NCBI GenBank assembly: GCA_965205855.1
Contig: OZ242184.1
Location: 352,001-416,000, forward strand
Reading direction: 5' to 3'
From: Thermodesulfobacteriota bacterium
Lineage (GTDB): Bacteria > Desulfobacterota_D > UBA1144 > Nemesobacterales > Mycalebacteriaceae
Length of the DNA stretch: 64,000 nucleotides
In this document: positions 41,970-52,106 of the stretch, in pieces
How positions within the stretch are numbered: the stretch's first letter is position 1
Layout: each line of letters opens with the position of its first letter
The notes under the pieces: model-generated
The model's input: the letters and a program-made list of their open reading frames with translations, nothing else
Told to the model about the DNA's origin: nothing
The model's database searches: none
Made by a program: the position numbers and the translations under genes

Positions 41970-42898
41970 GCAAAAATTTTCTGAGCGTTTTTGATCTTTC
42001 CGCGGGCGATATAACGAGTATAATCGCGCGCTCTTTTGAACACAGGGAAATGCGCGAGCTGAAAGCTGTGGGAAAATCTCTTGAAGGAAAAACGGTGGGG
42101 ATTGTTTTTGAGAAGCCATCCACCCGAACAAGGGTTTCATTTGAAGCGGCGGCGTCTCTTCTCGGAGCGCATCCAGTCTTTATAGATTCCGGAAGCACTC
42201 AGATAAACCGTGGCGAAACCCTTGAAGACACAGCAAGGGTTCTTTCCTCCTACCTTGATATTATCGTTATGAGAACTCATGAACATGAGAGGATAGAGAG
42301 GTTCGCGGCTAGTTCCTCGGTCCCCGTTATCAACGCGCTTACCGACCTTGAGCATCCCACTCAGGCGCTTGCGGATATCTTCACGATAGTGACTCACGAC
42401 ATTGATATGGAGAGTTTCAAACTCGCCTACATAGGAGATGGCAACAATGTGGCGAATTCCCTGATTGGAATTTCGTCCATACTCGGTTTTGACATAAGCA
42501 TCGCGGCCCCGAAAGGGCACGAGCCAGACGAAGGAGTTCTCAAAAAAAGTGGAAAAAGCAACGGCAGGGCGGCTCATATAAACATTACCGACGATCCTCG
42601 CAAAGCAGTTGAAGACGCCGATGTTATCTACACCGATGTGTGGGTCAGCATGGGGCAGGAAGAAAACGGGGAGGATACCCGAAAGGGTTTTGAACCTTAT
42701 CAGGTGAATTCGGAACTGTTGTCCCATGCTCCCGAAGATGCGGTTGTAATGCACTGCCTTCCCGCCCACAGGGGGGAGGAGATTACGGCGGAAATTATGG
42801 ACGACGGGAAAAGATTTATCGCTTTTGAACAGGCGGAGAACAAACTCCATACGGCAAAAGCTGTGCTTGAGTTCTTTCTCGGATGGAAAGGGGATTAG
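41966..42898 (+). CDS. argF: Ornithine carbamoyltransferase
   Basis: KPSTRTR, HPTQ, DVWVSMG and HCLP motifs; ATGA overlap with argD. Confidence 0.97.
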   Translation: MSKNFLSVFDLSAGDITSIIARSFEHREMRELKAVGKSLEGKTVGIVFEKPSTRTRVSFEAAASLLGAHPVFIDSGSTQINRGETLEDTARVLSSYLDIIVMRTHEHERIERFAASSSVPVINALTDLEHPTQALADIFTIVTHDIDMESFKLAYIGDGNNVANSLIGISSILGFDISIAAPKGHEPDEGVLKKSGKSNGRAAHINITDDPRKAVEDADVIYTDVWVSMGQEENGEDTRKGFEPYQVNSELLSHAPEDAVVMHCLPAHRGEEITAEIMDDGKRFIAFEQAENKLHTAKAVLEFFLGWKGD

Positions 42899-42955
42899 GG
42901 GCTAATCTGTCAGGATCCTTATCGGGATTGAAACATTTCGGAATAGGAAAAGTCC

Positions 42956-43516
42956 CTAAACTTTTGAAATCTTCGGTGGTGTAATACCTTTCTGTTTCTG
43001 ATACTTCCCTTTTTTGTCCGCGTAGGATTTTTCGCAAACCTCATCGCCGTCAAAAAAAAGAACCTGCGCTATTCCCTCTCCTGCGTATATCTTTGCGGGA
43101 AGAGGCGTGGTGTTTGAGATTTCAAGAGTTACAAAACCCTCCCACTCCGGCTCAAACGGGGTTACATTGACTATTATTCCGCATCTTGCGTATGTTGATT
43201 TGCCCACGCAGACGGTCAGCACACTGCGCGGGATTCTGAAATACTCAACGGTTCTTGCCAAAGCAAAGGAGTTAGGAGGAATTACACAATCGCCTTTGAT
43301 TGAAACAAACGATTTTTTATCAAACTTTTTAGGGTCAACAAGGGTGCTGTGAATATTTGTGAACACCTGAAACTCATCGCTTACCCTTATGTCGTAGCCG
43401 TAAGATGAAAGCCCGTATGATATTTTGCCCTTGCTTACCTGTGACTGCACAAACGGCTCTATCATTTTTTCCTTGCGAGCCATCTTTTTTATCCATCTGT
43501 CGGATTTTATTCCCAA
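42956..43516 (-). CDS. dcd: dCTP deaminase
   Basis: [19 protein letters not shown] and TLEISN motifs. Confidence 0.96.
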   Translation of the reverse strand: MGIKSDRWIKKMARKEKMIEPFVQSQVSKGKISYGLSSYGYDIRVSDEFQVFTNIHSTLVDPKKFDKKSFVSIKGDCVIPPNSFALARTVEYFRIPRSVLTVCVGKSTYARCGIIVNVTPFEPEWEGFVTLEISNTTPLPAKIYAGEGIAQVLFFDGDEVCEKSYADKKGKYQKQKGITPPKISKV

Positions 43517-43542
43517 TTTTGCCTCCTTAAATCGGTCTGTTT

Positions 43543-44592
43543 TTATGAAAACTGACGGAGAAACCTTATGTCATTTTCAAAGAAAAGCCGTATGTCGTCA
43601 ATTCCGAACTTCAACATTGCCATTCTTTCAATTCCCATGCCGAAAGCAAATCCCGAGTATTCATCGGGGTCATATCCGACATTGTTGAACACCGCCGGGT
43701 CAACCATCCCGCAACCCAACACCTCAACCCAGCCGCTCTGTTTACAAACCCTGCATCCCTTTCCAGCGCATATAGCACACTCTATATCCACCTCCGCGCT
43801 CGGTTCGGTGAAAGGGAAAAAACTCGGCCTGAACCTGATGTTGGTCTCGGCTTCAAAATACATATTGATAAAGTGAATTATAACGGATTTGAGATTCGCA
43901 AAACTTATGTCTCTGTCAACCATCAGACCTTCAACTTGATGAAACATCGGGGAATGGGAAACATCACTGTCGCATCTGTAAACTTTGCCGGGGACAATTA
44001 CCCTAAGCGGCGGCCTCTGTTTTTCCATCGTGCGAATCTGAACCGGAGAAGTGTGTGTGCGCAAAACCATCTTGTCGGATATGTAGAAAGTGTCCTGCAT
44101 ATCTCGCGCGGGATGGTTTTCGGGGATGTTGAGTGCCTCAAAATTGTAGTAGTCAAGCTCCACTTCGGGCCCGTCCATAACTGAAAAACCCATCCTTTCA
44201 AATATCCGTGAAATTGACTTCATAACCAGAGTAACGGGATGAAGCGAACCCGCTGTATTTCTTCGCCCCGGAAGCGTAATGTCTATCTTGTCCCCTGAAA
44301 GTGATTTTTCTGCGCTGGCGCTTTTCAGCTCCAGAGTTTTATCGCGGACAAAATCCTCAATATCTTTTTTTGATTTGTTTAGAACCGCTCCCGCGCCGCG
44401 CTTCCGTTCGGGAGAAAGGTCTTTGAGTGACTTCAGCATTGATGTCAGCGAGCCTTTCTTACCGATGTAGCGCGATTTTATTTTGTGTACTGAAGCCTCG
44501 TCCTCCGCGGCGGCTATTTCTGTCCGCGCGTTTTCTGTTTCGCGTTTTACGCGAGCTTCCGTCTCATCGGTTGTTTCGTCTGTTCCGCTCAT
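43543..44592 (-). CDS. pheS: Phenylalanine--tRNA ligase alpha subunit
   Basis: [25 protein letters not shown] and FAFGMGIER motifs. Confidence 0.98.
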   Translation of the reverse strand: MSGTDETTDETEARVKRETENARTEIAAAEDEASVHKIKSRYIGKKGSLTSMLKSLKDLSPERKRGAGAVLNKSKKDIEDFVRDKTLELKSASAEKSLSGDKIDITLPGRRNTAGSLHPVTLVMKSISRIFERMGFSVMDGPEVELDYYNFEALNIPENHPARDMQDTFYISDKMVLRTHTSPVQIRTMEKQRPPLRVIVPGKVYRCDSDVSHSPMFHQVEGLMVDRDISFANLKSVIIHFINMYFEAETNIRFRPSFFPFTEPSAEVDIECAICAGKGCRVCKQSGWVEVLGCGMVDPAVFNNVGYDPDEYSGFAFGMGIERMAMLKFGIDDIRLFFENDIRFLRQFS

Positions 44593-45497
44593 TTCACCGC
44601 GCCTTCTTTTCTCATTTTGACCACAAAATAAGTTGCGACAAAGATTGACGAATAAGTTCCCGCTATTACTCCGACCATCAGGGTGAACGCGAAACCATGT
44701 ATGACCGAGCCGCCGAGAAAGAAGAGAGGAACAAGAACACTAAATACTGTGACGGTTGTAAGAATCGTCCGCGAGAGTGTACGGGTGATTCCAAGGTCAA
44801 TGGCGCGGGTGAAATCACCGGCGGTTTCTTCGTCCTCGAGGGTTTCCCTTATCCGGTCGAATATGACTATGGTGTCGTTCACCGAGTAGCCGACCACCAT
44901 AAGTAGCGCGGCGACTATGGAGAGGGTAATTTCTTTGTCGGCAAAAGCTAGAAAACCCATTGTTACAAGAAAATCGTGAAGAAGCGCCACTACCGCTCCT
45001 GTCGCGTATCCGATTTCAAACCTGAATAACAGATACAGAAGAACGACCGCGCAGCCTAGCAAAAGGGCTATTATCGCCTTTTGCACAAACTCCCGTCCGA
45101 CATTGGGACCCACATAGTCAATCCGCAATATCTGAATTTTTTGAAAACGCCGGGTTTTTTCGCCGGCGGAAATCAAACCGTTTTTAAAAACGTTGACTTC
45201 CTCCGATGAGATTTTGCCCGCGGGAAATTTGACAAGAAACTCGCTGTCCGCCTTTATTCCAAACCTCTGAACGGATGCCGGTTTGTAGTCGTAGGAAAGA
45301 AAAAGGTCTCTCACTTCCTCTTCGGTTATAACGGAACCGGAAATAGGAGCTTTGATGTGAACTTCCGTTCCGCCCGTGAATTCAACTCCGGGTTTCGGGC
45401 CGCCGTCAATAACGATTGCCGAAAGACACGCGGTGAGCAAAACCGCAGAAAAAACCGACGCCTTGCCGAAAAGTGATGTGAAATTGAAAACTTTCAT
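44589..45497 (-). CDS. secF: Protein translocase subunit SecF
   Basis: GVEFTGG, VGPNVG and GYSVNDTIVIFDRIRE motifs. Confidence 0.96.
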   Translation of the reverse strand: MKVFNFTSLFGKASVFSAVLLTACLSAIVIDGGPKPGVEFTGGTEVHIKAPISGSVITEEEVRDLFLSYDYKPASVQRFGIKADSEFLVKFPAGKISSEEVNVFKNGLISAGEKTRRFQKIQILRIDYVGPNVGREFVQKAIIALLLGCAVVLLYLLFRFEIGYATGAVVALLHDFLVTMGFLAFADKEITLSIVAALLMVVGYSVNDTIVIFDRIRETLEDEETAGDFTRAIDLGITRTLSRTILTTVTVFSVLVPLFFLGGSVIHGFAFTLMVGVIAGTYSSIFVATYFVVKMRKEGAVK

Positions 45498-45520
45498 TGA
45501 TTAAAAAGCCCTTCTTGCGC

Positions 45521-47116
45521 TCAAACTTCCGCCTTTTTCCCGCTCCTCCATATTGCCACCGAAATGAGCCGTGCCACTATCAGATTGCTAAATACGGTGC
45601 AGACTATTCCCGCGCACAAGGTGGCGGCAAAACCTTTTATCTGACCGTCCCCGAACCAGAACAGCACAATCCCCGCAAGCAGGGTTGTAACATTGGCGTC
45701 CAGAATTGTCCTGACCGATCTTTTGTATCCTGTTTCAATGGCGTGGAAATGAGATTTTCCCGCTCGCATCTCTTCCCTGATTCTCTCAAAAATTATTATG
45801 TTTCCGTCAACGGCGATGCCGAGAGTAAGAATCATTCCCGCGATTCCCGGAAGCGTAAGCGTTACTCCGAGGGAAGCGAGAAGCCCCATTATCAGAAGCA
45901 TATTCAGCCCGAGCGCGGCGTTGGCAACCATTCCTTGGGCACCGTAGTAGAGCGCCATAAACAAAATTACCAGCGCGCCGCCCACAAGCATTGAAAGTTT
46001 CCCTTTCTGTATGGAATCTCTGCCGAGCGAGGGTCCTATGAGTCTTTCCTGTTCCACCACGACCGGAACCGGCAGGGAACCGGAACGCAAAACAAGAGCG
46101 AGATCCTGCGCTTCTGCTTGAGTGAATGAACCGGTTATTTGTCCCTCAAAACTGATGCGGCTTTGAACTACCGGCGCCGATTTTACAACACCGTCAAGAA
46201 CTATCGCAAGCCGGTTGCCTATGTTGGCGGCGGTAAGTTTCCCGAACTTTCCCGCTCCCTTGCTGGAAAAACTGAACGAGACCGAGGGGTCGCCGTAATT
46301 GTCAAACGCAAGACGCGCGTCTGATATGTGTTCGCCCGTAACTGCGGCTTTTGATTCCGTTATAAAGAAATTTTCATTTTCGTCCCCGTGCGCATGGTGA
46401 ACGGAAAGACCTTTTTCTGCAAGATCCTCTCCGGGCTCAATCCCCGCGTTCACAATCGCCTGCTCGCGTGAAAATCCCTGCCCGTGAACTATTTTGAACT
46501 CCAGCACGGCGGTTTTCTTTATTATGTCAACAATTCTGTCCCTGTCTTTGTCCGATGCACCGGGAACCTGTATCACAATTCTGTTGTCGCCCAGTTTTGT
46601 TATTGACGGTTCCACAAGACCGAAATCAAGAACGCGGTTTTCTATTACCTGTCTTACTTGCTCAATGGAGTTGTTTCTTATTCGGGACAAATGGTAGGAG
46701 TCGGGGAAAACCCTGAGAAGAAGTTTTTTTTCGTCCGGTTCCAGGGTGAAATCTCCAAATTTTTTCTCAATCGTTCTCTGCGCTTTTTCAAAAGACGGAG
46801 CGTCGGCAAACTCCATTGTGAGAACAAAGTTCTCAACTTTCGCTTTTCGGATTGCCTCGCCGTTTTCAAACTCTTCGCTCACGGATTGAAGCGTATTTTC
46901 AAGGCGTCTGTTGACCCCCTGGTCGGTCTCGACTCCAAGTTGGATGAAAACTCCCCCTCTTAGGTCAAGACCGAGCCGTATCCCGCGTGCGGGAAAAACC
47001 TTTGACCACCATCCGGGCAGGTTTTCTCCGTAGATATTGGGGGCCAGAAAAATCCCCGAAAGGACGACCAGAACCGCTATGACAGTCAGCCAGAGCCTTG
47101 AAACTCCGCCACCCAT
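45521..47116 (-). CDS. secD: Protein translocase subunit SecD
   Basis: LGLDLRGG, LAIVLD, IGPSLG and AVDGNIIIFERIREE motifs. Confidence 0.97.
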   Translation of the reverse strand: MGGGVSRLWLTVIAVLVVLSGIFLAPNIYGENLPGWWSKVFPARGIRLGLDLRGGVFIQLGVETDQGVNRRLENTLQSVSEEFENGEAIRKAKVENFVLTMEFADAPSFEKAQRTIEKKFGDFTLEPDEKKLLLRVFPDSYHLSRIRNNSIEQVRQVIENRVLDFGLVEPSITKLGDNRIVIQVPGASDKDRDRIVDIIKKTAVLEFKIVHGQGFSREQAIVNAGIEPGEDLAEKGLSVHHAHGDENENFFITESKAAVTGEHISDARLAFDNYGDPSVSFSFSSKGAGKFGKLTAANIGNRLAIVLDGVVKSAPVVQSRISFEGQITGSFTQAEAQDLALVLRSGSLPVPVVVEQERLIGPSLGRDSIQKGKLSMLVGGALVILFMALYYGAQGMVANAALGLNMLLIMGLLASLGVTLTLPGIAGMILTLGIAVDGNIIIFERIREEMRAGKSHFHAIETGYKRSVRTILDANVTTLLAGIVLFWFGDGQIKGFAATLCAGIVCTVFSNLIVARLISVAIWRSGKKAEV

Positions 47117-47118
47117 GT

Positions 47119-47496
47119 TTAAGCGTCAGCCTTTTCCTGTATTTTTGAAGCGACCGCGGATAGGGTAGCTTTCACGATTACGCCCTTGGCTATTTCAAGG
47201 GAAATTTTGTCTCCGCCTTCCGGGTTAATCTCGATTATTGTGGCGTATATGCCACCGTTCGTAAGAACGTTATCGCCGCGTTTGAGCTGCTTGAGCATGT
47301 TTTCGCGTTCCCGCGACCGTTTTCTCTGAGGGCGTATTATCAGAAAATAGAAAAGGGCGAAAAGAAGAACAAAAGGCAGGAAACCCGTCAGGTTGAAACT
47401 TCCTCCCGCTCCCTCCGCGGCAAAGCTCTCCGTAAAAGGCGTAAAAACGAGCAACATGGCGGAAACCGCAAAAACCTTATTTTTCAAACTTTTCAA
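47119..47496 (-). CDS. yajC: Preprotein translocase subunit YajC
   Basis: FYFLIIRPQRKR and GDNVLTNGGI motifs; upstream of secD; TTG start after GGAGG. Confidence 0.94.
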   Translation of the reverse strand: MKSLKNKVFAVSAMLLVFTPFTESFAAEGAGGSFNLTGFLPFVLLFALFYFLIIRPQRKRSRERENMLKQLKRGDNVLTNGGIYATIIEINPEGGDKISLEIAKGVIVKATLSAVASKIQEKADA

Positions 47497-47556
47497 AACA
47501 GATAACCTCCAGAATAAAAAACTTTACAATTGGCAAAAGCACAATGGCGGTGAGAC

Positions 47557-47585
47557 TTTATAACCATTTTGGCGTTTTTTGTAAA
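47557..47585 (-). promoter_or_regulatory. Possible promoter of yajC-secDF-pheS-dcd
   Basis: Minus-strand TTTACA, 17-nt spacer, TATAAA. Confidence 0.5.
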
Positions 47586-47606
47586 CACCTTTCGGGTTCG
47601 GTCGTG

Positions 47607-48395
47607 TCAACTCCGCAACCCCAGAACTTCCTTCATTCCGTATACGCCCGCGGGTTTTCCGTATATCCACCTTGCCGCCCTGACTGCTCCCGCGGCGAAT
47701 ATTTCCCTGCCGTGCGCGCGGTGCGACAATTCCACCCTTTCCCCGTTGCCGAGGAAAAAAACCGTGTGGTCTCCGGGCGTGTCTCCCCCGCGGACGGACT
47801 GGATTCCTATTTCATTTTTTCTGCGCGCTTTGCCGGTTTTTTTCCTACCGTATGAGGTGACTTCCCCAAGGTTTTCATTCCTGGCCTCCGCCGCCGCTTC
47901 GGCAAGCGCGAGCGCGGTTCCGCTCGGAGCATCCGTTTTGGCGGAATGGTGAATTTCCATGATCTCTATTTCAAAATCCTCTCCGAGTTTTTGCGAAGCG
48001 ACCGAGACCATTTGTTCCAGCAGATTGACCCCGATGCTCATATTCGGCGCTATCACGCAAGGAAACCTCTCTGCGGCGCGCTCCAGTTCCTCTTTTTGTG
48101 CGGGAGCAAATCCCGTTGTTCCAATTACTATGGCTTTCCCCGCGCCGGAGCAGTAACGCGCGTTTGCAAGCGTTGCTTCGGGAGAAGTGAAATCAACAAT
48201 CACATCCGCCGTTCGGGACGCTTCTTCAACGCTGCCTGAGACCGTAACGCCCGCGATTTCCCGTCCGACGCAGTCGTGCCCGTCTCTTTCGTACAAGCCG
48301 GCGATTTCAAGGCCGGGAGATTTGGCTATTTCCGCTATTATCGCGCCACCCATGCGTCCAGCGGCGCCCGCTACTGATATGTGAACAACTTCCAT
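47607..48395 (-). CDS. dapB: 4-hydroxy-tetrahydrodipicolinate reductase
   Basis: GAAGRMG, IGTTG, PNMSIGVN and EIHHSAKTDAPSGTA motifs. Confidence 0.97.
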   Translation of the reverse strand: MEVVHISVAGAAGRMGGAIIAEIAKSPGLEIAGLYERDGHDCVGREIAGVTVSGSVEEASRTADVIVDFTSPEATLANARYCSGAGKAIVIGTTGFAPAQKEELERAAERFPCVIAPNMSIGVNLLEQMVSVASQKLGEDFEIEIMEIHHSAKTDAPSGTALALAEAAAEARNENLGEVTSYGRKKTGKARRKNEIGIQSVRGGDTPGDHTVFFLGNGERVELSHRAHGREIFAAGAVRAARWIYGKPAGVYGMKEVLGLRS

Positions 48396-48492
48396 CTTTT
48401 ACACAATGAAAAAGTAAAGTAGAGTTACCGAACTGCCGGTAGGTTAAACGCCCGCCGCATAATTTCAAGGAAGATACGGAAAACAGCAAACC

Positions 48493-49368
48493 ATGAAAAG
48501 TATGACGGGCTTTGGAAGAAGCGAAAAGGGAATCGGAGACGGCAGGCTGATTGTGGAGGCGCGAGGTGAAAACCACAGGTTCTTTGACGCGCGCATCTAT
48601 TTTCCGGAGGGTCTGGCTTTTATTGAATCCGATATTCTCAAACGGTTAAAAAAGGTTGTGTTGCGCGGAAAAATTAAGGTCTCCGTCTCATACGAGACGG
48701 CGGGAGTACCGACTCCGGAAATAGATTATCGCGCCGCCCGTGCCGCGCATGAATCCCTGAAAAAACTCAAAAAAAATCTCGGTGTCGAGGGGAACGTAAC
48801 CCTTGATCAGGTGCTTTCTTTCGGAGATTTCATAAGAGTTTCCTCCAAGGAGCAGAGCCTCGGCGGGAAAAACACGTCTCAAATCAGCGGTGTAGTCGCA
48901 AGCGCGATTGAAAGATTGGACGAAAGCAGAAGCCGCGAGGGAAAACGTCTTTTGAAGGATCTGGCTCTTCGGGTTTCAAAATGCAAAAGAGTTTTGCGGA
49001 AGATAAAAACCGAACGCGGGAAACACGAAGTGGAAACAAAGCGCAGACTGGAGGAAAAGACAAGGTCTCTGATTAAGGACAAAAACATCGACGAAGCGAG
49101 GCTGTATAGCGAGATGGCGGCGATATCCGAAAGAGGGGACATTACCGAGGAGTTGGTAAGGATGAATTCCCACCTTTTGCGGTTTTCCGAATTCCTGTCC
49201 AAATCAAATGTTTCAGTGGGAAGAGAACTGGATTTTCTCACTCAGGAAATGAATCGTGAAGCGGGAACAATATCGGCGAAATCAAAGTCTCCGGACATTT
49301 CCCGTCTGACCATGGATTTGAGGTCCGAGATAGAAAAAATACGCGAGCAGTCTCAAAACGTTGAGTAG
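48493..49368 (+). CDS. yicC: YicC/YloC family endoribonuclease
   Basis: MKSMTGFG, DITEE, GRELDFLTQEMNRE and IREQSQNVE motifs. Confidence 0.93.
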   Translation: MKSMTGFGRSEKGIGDGRLIVEARGENHRFFDARIYFPEGLAFIESDILKRLKKVVLRGKIKVSVSYETAGVPTPEIDYRAARAAHESLKKLKKNLGVEGNVTLDQVLSFGDFIRVSSKEQSLGGKNTSQISGVVASAIERLDESRSREGKRLLKDLALRVSKCKRVLRKIKTERGKHEVETKRRLEEKTRSLIKDKNIDEARLYSEMAAISERGDITEELVRMNSHLLRFSEFLSKSNVSVGRELDFLTQEMNREAGTISAKSKSPDISRLTMDLRSEIEKIREQSQNVE

Positions 49369-49454
49369 GGTTTTGAAACGAAAGCCGGTTGTGTTAGCAT
49401 TTGCGGGTCTTTTAAAATAAACGGCGATTGCCGGATTTTACGGAGAGGGATTGT

Positions 49455-50330
49455 ATGAGCGTTCTTGTTGACAAAAACACCAAAGTTATAGTGCAGGGAA
49501 TAACCGGAAGCACGGGGCTTTTCCATGCAACCCAGTGTAGGGAATATGGAACCGCCGTGGTCGGTGGAGTAACTCCCGGTAAAGGCGGAACGAGTGTGGA
49601 GGGATTTCCGGTTTTTAATTCGGTTTCACAGGCGGTCAAAGAGACACGGGCGAATACTTCGCTTATTTTTGTTCCTGCTCCTTTCGCCCTGGACTCAATA
49701 CTTGAAGCGGCTGAAGCGGGTTTGGAGTTGATAATCTGCATAACCGAGGGGATTCCAACCAGCGACATAATGACAGCCAAAAATTTTCTTGAAGGCACCG
49801 GCTCGCGCCTTGTCGGTCCCAATTGTCCGGGAGTTATAACTCCCGGCGAAGCGAAAGTGGGGATAATGCCGGGATACATACACAAGCCAGGAAGAATAGG
49901 GGTTATATCGCGCAGCGGAACACTTACCTACGAAGCGGTCTGGCAGCTTTCCAATCTTGGGATAGGGCAGTCCACCTGTCTTGGGATCGGCGGAGATCCG
50001 ATAATAGGCACCACCTTCTCGGACGCCCTGAAGCTGTTTCAGGGTGACCCCGATACGGACGCAATAGTGCTTATAGGGGAGATAGGCGGAAGCGATGAGG
50101 AAGAGGCGGCGGATTTTATAAAGCGCAATGTTAAAAAACCCGTGGCCGCGTTTGTTGCCGGAGCAACGGCGCCACCGGGAAAAAGAATGGGACATGCCGG
50201 AGCGATTATTTCTTCAAGTTCCGGGGGAGCTGAAGACAAATTCCGGGCTCTTGAACTCGCGGGCGCGGCGATTTGCAGAAGCCCCGCGGAAATGGGCGAA
50301 ACCCTGAAGCAAAAAATGGGAAGCCGTTAG
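49455..50330 (+). CDS. sucD: Succinate--CoA ligase subunit alpha
   Basis: [20 protein letters not shown] and RMGHAGA motifs. Confidence 0.97.
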   Translation: MSVLVDKNTKVIVQGITGSTGLFHATQCREYGTAVVGGVTPGKGGTSVEGFPVFNSVSQAVKETRANTSLIFVPAPFALDSILEAAEAGLELIICITEGIPTSDIMTAKNFLEGTGSRLVGPNCPGVITPGEAKVGIMPGYIHKPGRIGVISRSGTLTYEAVWQLSNLGIGQSTCLGIGGDPIIGTTFSDALKLFQGDPDTDAIVLIGEIGGSDEEEAADFIKRNVKKPVAAFVAGATAPPGKRMGHAGAIISSSSGGAEDKFRALELAGAAICRSPAEMGETLKQKMGSR

Positions 50331-50384
50331 CGTCCGCCTACTGCTGTCCGCAACTTTCCGTCACGGAAAAGGTGCGAGGACTTT

Positions 50385-52106
50385 TTGCAGAAAGAAACAA
50401 GCATACCGTCTCTGCTTAAGAGGCATAAACCGCAACTTATCGCCGGGCTTATAACCCTTTCCGCGGTTGACCTTATTCAAATGGCAATACCGCTTGTTAT
50501 CAAACGCGCGACAGATGCGTTTGTGGATCCCGGTCCGGATACCGCCGGGCTTATACGCACCTGCGCTTTTTACATTCTGGGAATGGGCATTGTGATTTCG
50601 CTTTTTCGTCTGGGATGGCGTTATTTCATAATGGGAACCGCGCGCAAGATAGAGCAAAGTCTCAGAAACGAGTTTTTTGCCCACTTGCAAAGACTTCCCG
50701 CCGAACGGATTTTTTCCCGTAAGGTTGGAGATCTAATGGCTCACACCGTCAACGACATAGAAACCCTGAAATTTGCCTGTGGCCTGGGTGTTCTGGTCGC
50801 TTACGACGGTTTGTTTCTTCTTGTTTTTATAATGGGGGCGATGTTTTACATATCGGCTCCGGTCGCGGCCGTGCTGTGCGTGCCGTTTTTGCTCATGATG
50901 GTCTTTATTGTCAAAGGCGGAAGGGAAATAGAAAAACGCTTCAGAAAAACCCAGGAGTTTTTCTCGTCGCTTACCGAAAGTGCAAGAAGGCCCTTTCACG
51001 GAATCAAAGCGGTCAAATCCCTGCGTATGGAGGACGAGGAATTTGAAAACTTCAGCAACTCAAGTGCGGAATATGTGCAAAGCAACATCCGGCTTGCAAA
51101 AATATGGTCTGTTTATCAGCCCGCCATATCTCTGTGCGTGGGAATATCGGTTTCCGCATTTCTTTTGTTCGGCGGATACCGGACGATAACCGGTTCACTA
51201 ACGCTCGGGGATTTTACCGCACTGCTTGTGTATCTGTCCATGCTTGCGTGGCCGATTATGGCAATGGGGTGGGCTCAGGACATACTACGCAGAGGAAACT
51301 CTTCAATAAAGAGGCTTAACTCCATCTTGAGACTGGATACCGAACCGCAAGCCGGCAATGAAGAAGCGTTTCCGCATATAAGGGGAGGGCTTGATGTTTG
51401 TGGTGTAAGCCGCTCATTCGGTGCGAAGAAGGCCCTTGGCGGATGCTCCTTCAGAATTGAAGCCGGGGAAACCTCGTACATAACAGGCAGAACGGGTTCG
51501 GGTAAGACCGCCCTTGCCGGGATAATCAGCGGAGACATTGATCCGGATGAGGGCGCGGTGCGTATCGGCGGCGTGGACACTCGCTCGGTAAGTCGCGCCT
51601 TGCTTAAAAGAGAGGTCATTTGTGTTGACCGCAAAGCGTTTATTTTCAGCGGGACGGTAAGAGAAAACATAAACTTCATGAAACCCCTGCCAGATTCCCG
51701 GACCATGCGGGCGGCGGAAATATGCGGCATCAAAAAGGAGGTTGAAGGGTTTTCCGGAGGGCTTGACGCGACTTTGGGAGAGAGGGGAATGAACCTTTCG
51801 GAAGGACAGAAACAGAGAATATCAATTGCCCGCGCGATCATATTCAACCCGGCAATTCTGGTGCTTGATGACGCGCTTTCGTCCGTTGATCTTTCAACTG
51901 AGGCTGCTGTCGTGAAAAATCTTCGGGATTGGGCAAAGGGCACGGGAACGGCGCTGATAATTATTTCAAGCCGTACAAACTCCTCTCATCTCTCGGATTT
52001 CATTATGGTTCTGGAAGACGGAAAAATAGCCGAAAAAGGAACGCACCCCGAACTTATTTCACGCGACGGCATATATGCCGCAATGTACGGGATACAGGTG
52101 AAATGA
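50385..52106 (+). CDS. ABC exporter half-transporter (TMD+NBD) with degenerate catalytic motifs
   Basis: Multi-pass TMD; GRTGSGKT; LSEGQKQR; LDDALS; ISSR in place of the His switch. Confidence 0.92.
   Translation: MQKETSIPSLLKRHKPQLIAGLITLSAVDLIQMAIPLVIKRATDAFVDPGPDTAGLIRTCAFYILGMGIVISLFRLGWRYFIMGTARKIEQSLRNEFFAHLQRLPAERIFSRKVGDLMAHTVNDIETLKFACGLGVLVAYDGLFLLVFIMGAMFYISAPVAAVLCVPFLLMMVFIVKGGREIEKRFRKTQEFFSSLTESARRPFHGIKAVKSLRMEDEEFENFSNSSAEYVQSNIRLAKIWSVYQPAISLCVGISVSAFLLFGGYRTITGSLTLGDFTALLVYLSMLAWPIMAMGWAQDILRRGNSSIKRLNSILRLDTEPQAGNEEAFPHIRGGLDVCGVSRSFGAKKALGGCSFRIEAGETSYITGRTGSGKTALAGIISGDIDPDEGAVRIGGVDTRSVSRALLKREVICVDRKAFIFSGTVRENINFMKPLPDSRTMRAAEICGIKKEVEGFSGGLDATLGERGMNLSEGQKQRISIARAIIFNPAILVLDDALSSVDLSTEAAVVKNLRDWAKGTGTALIIISSRTNSSHLSDFIMVLEDGKIAEKGTHPELISRDGIYAAMYGIQVK

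Noticed and set aside
42956-43516. dCTP deaminase as a defence gene
   Set aside because: It is the trimeric dUTPase-fold housekeeping Dcd, not the zinc-dependent defence type.
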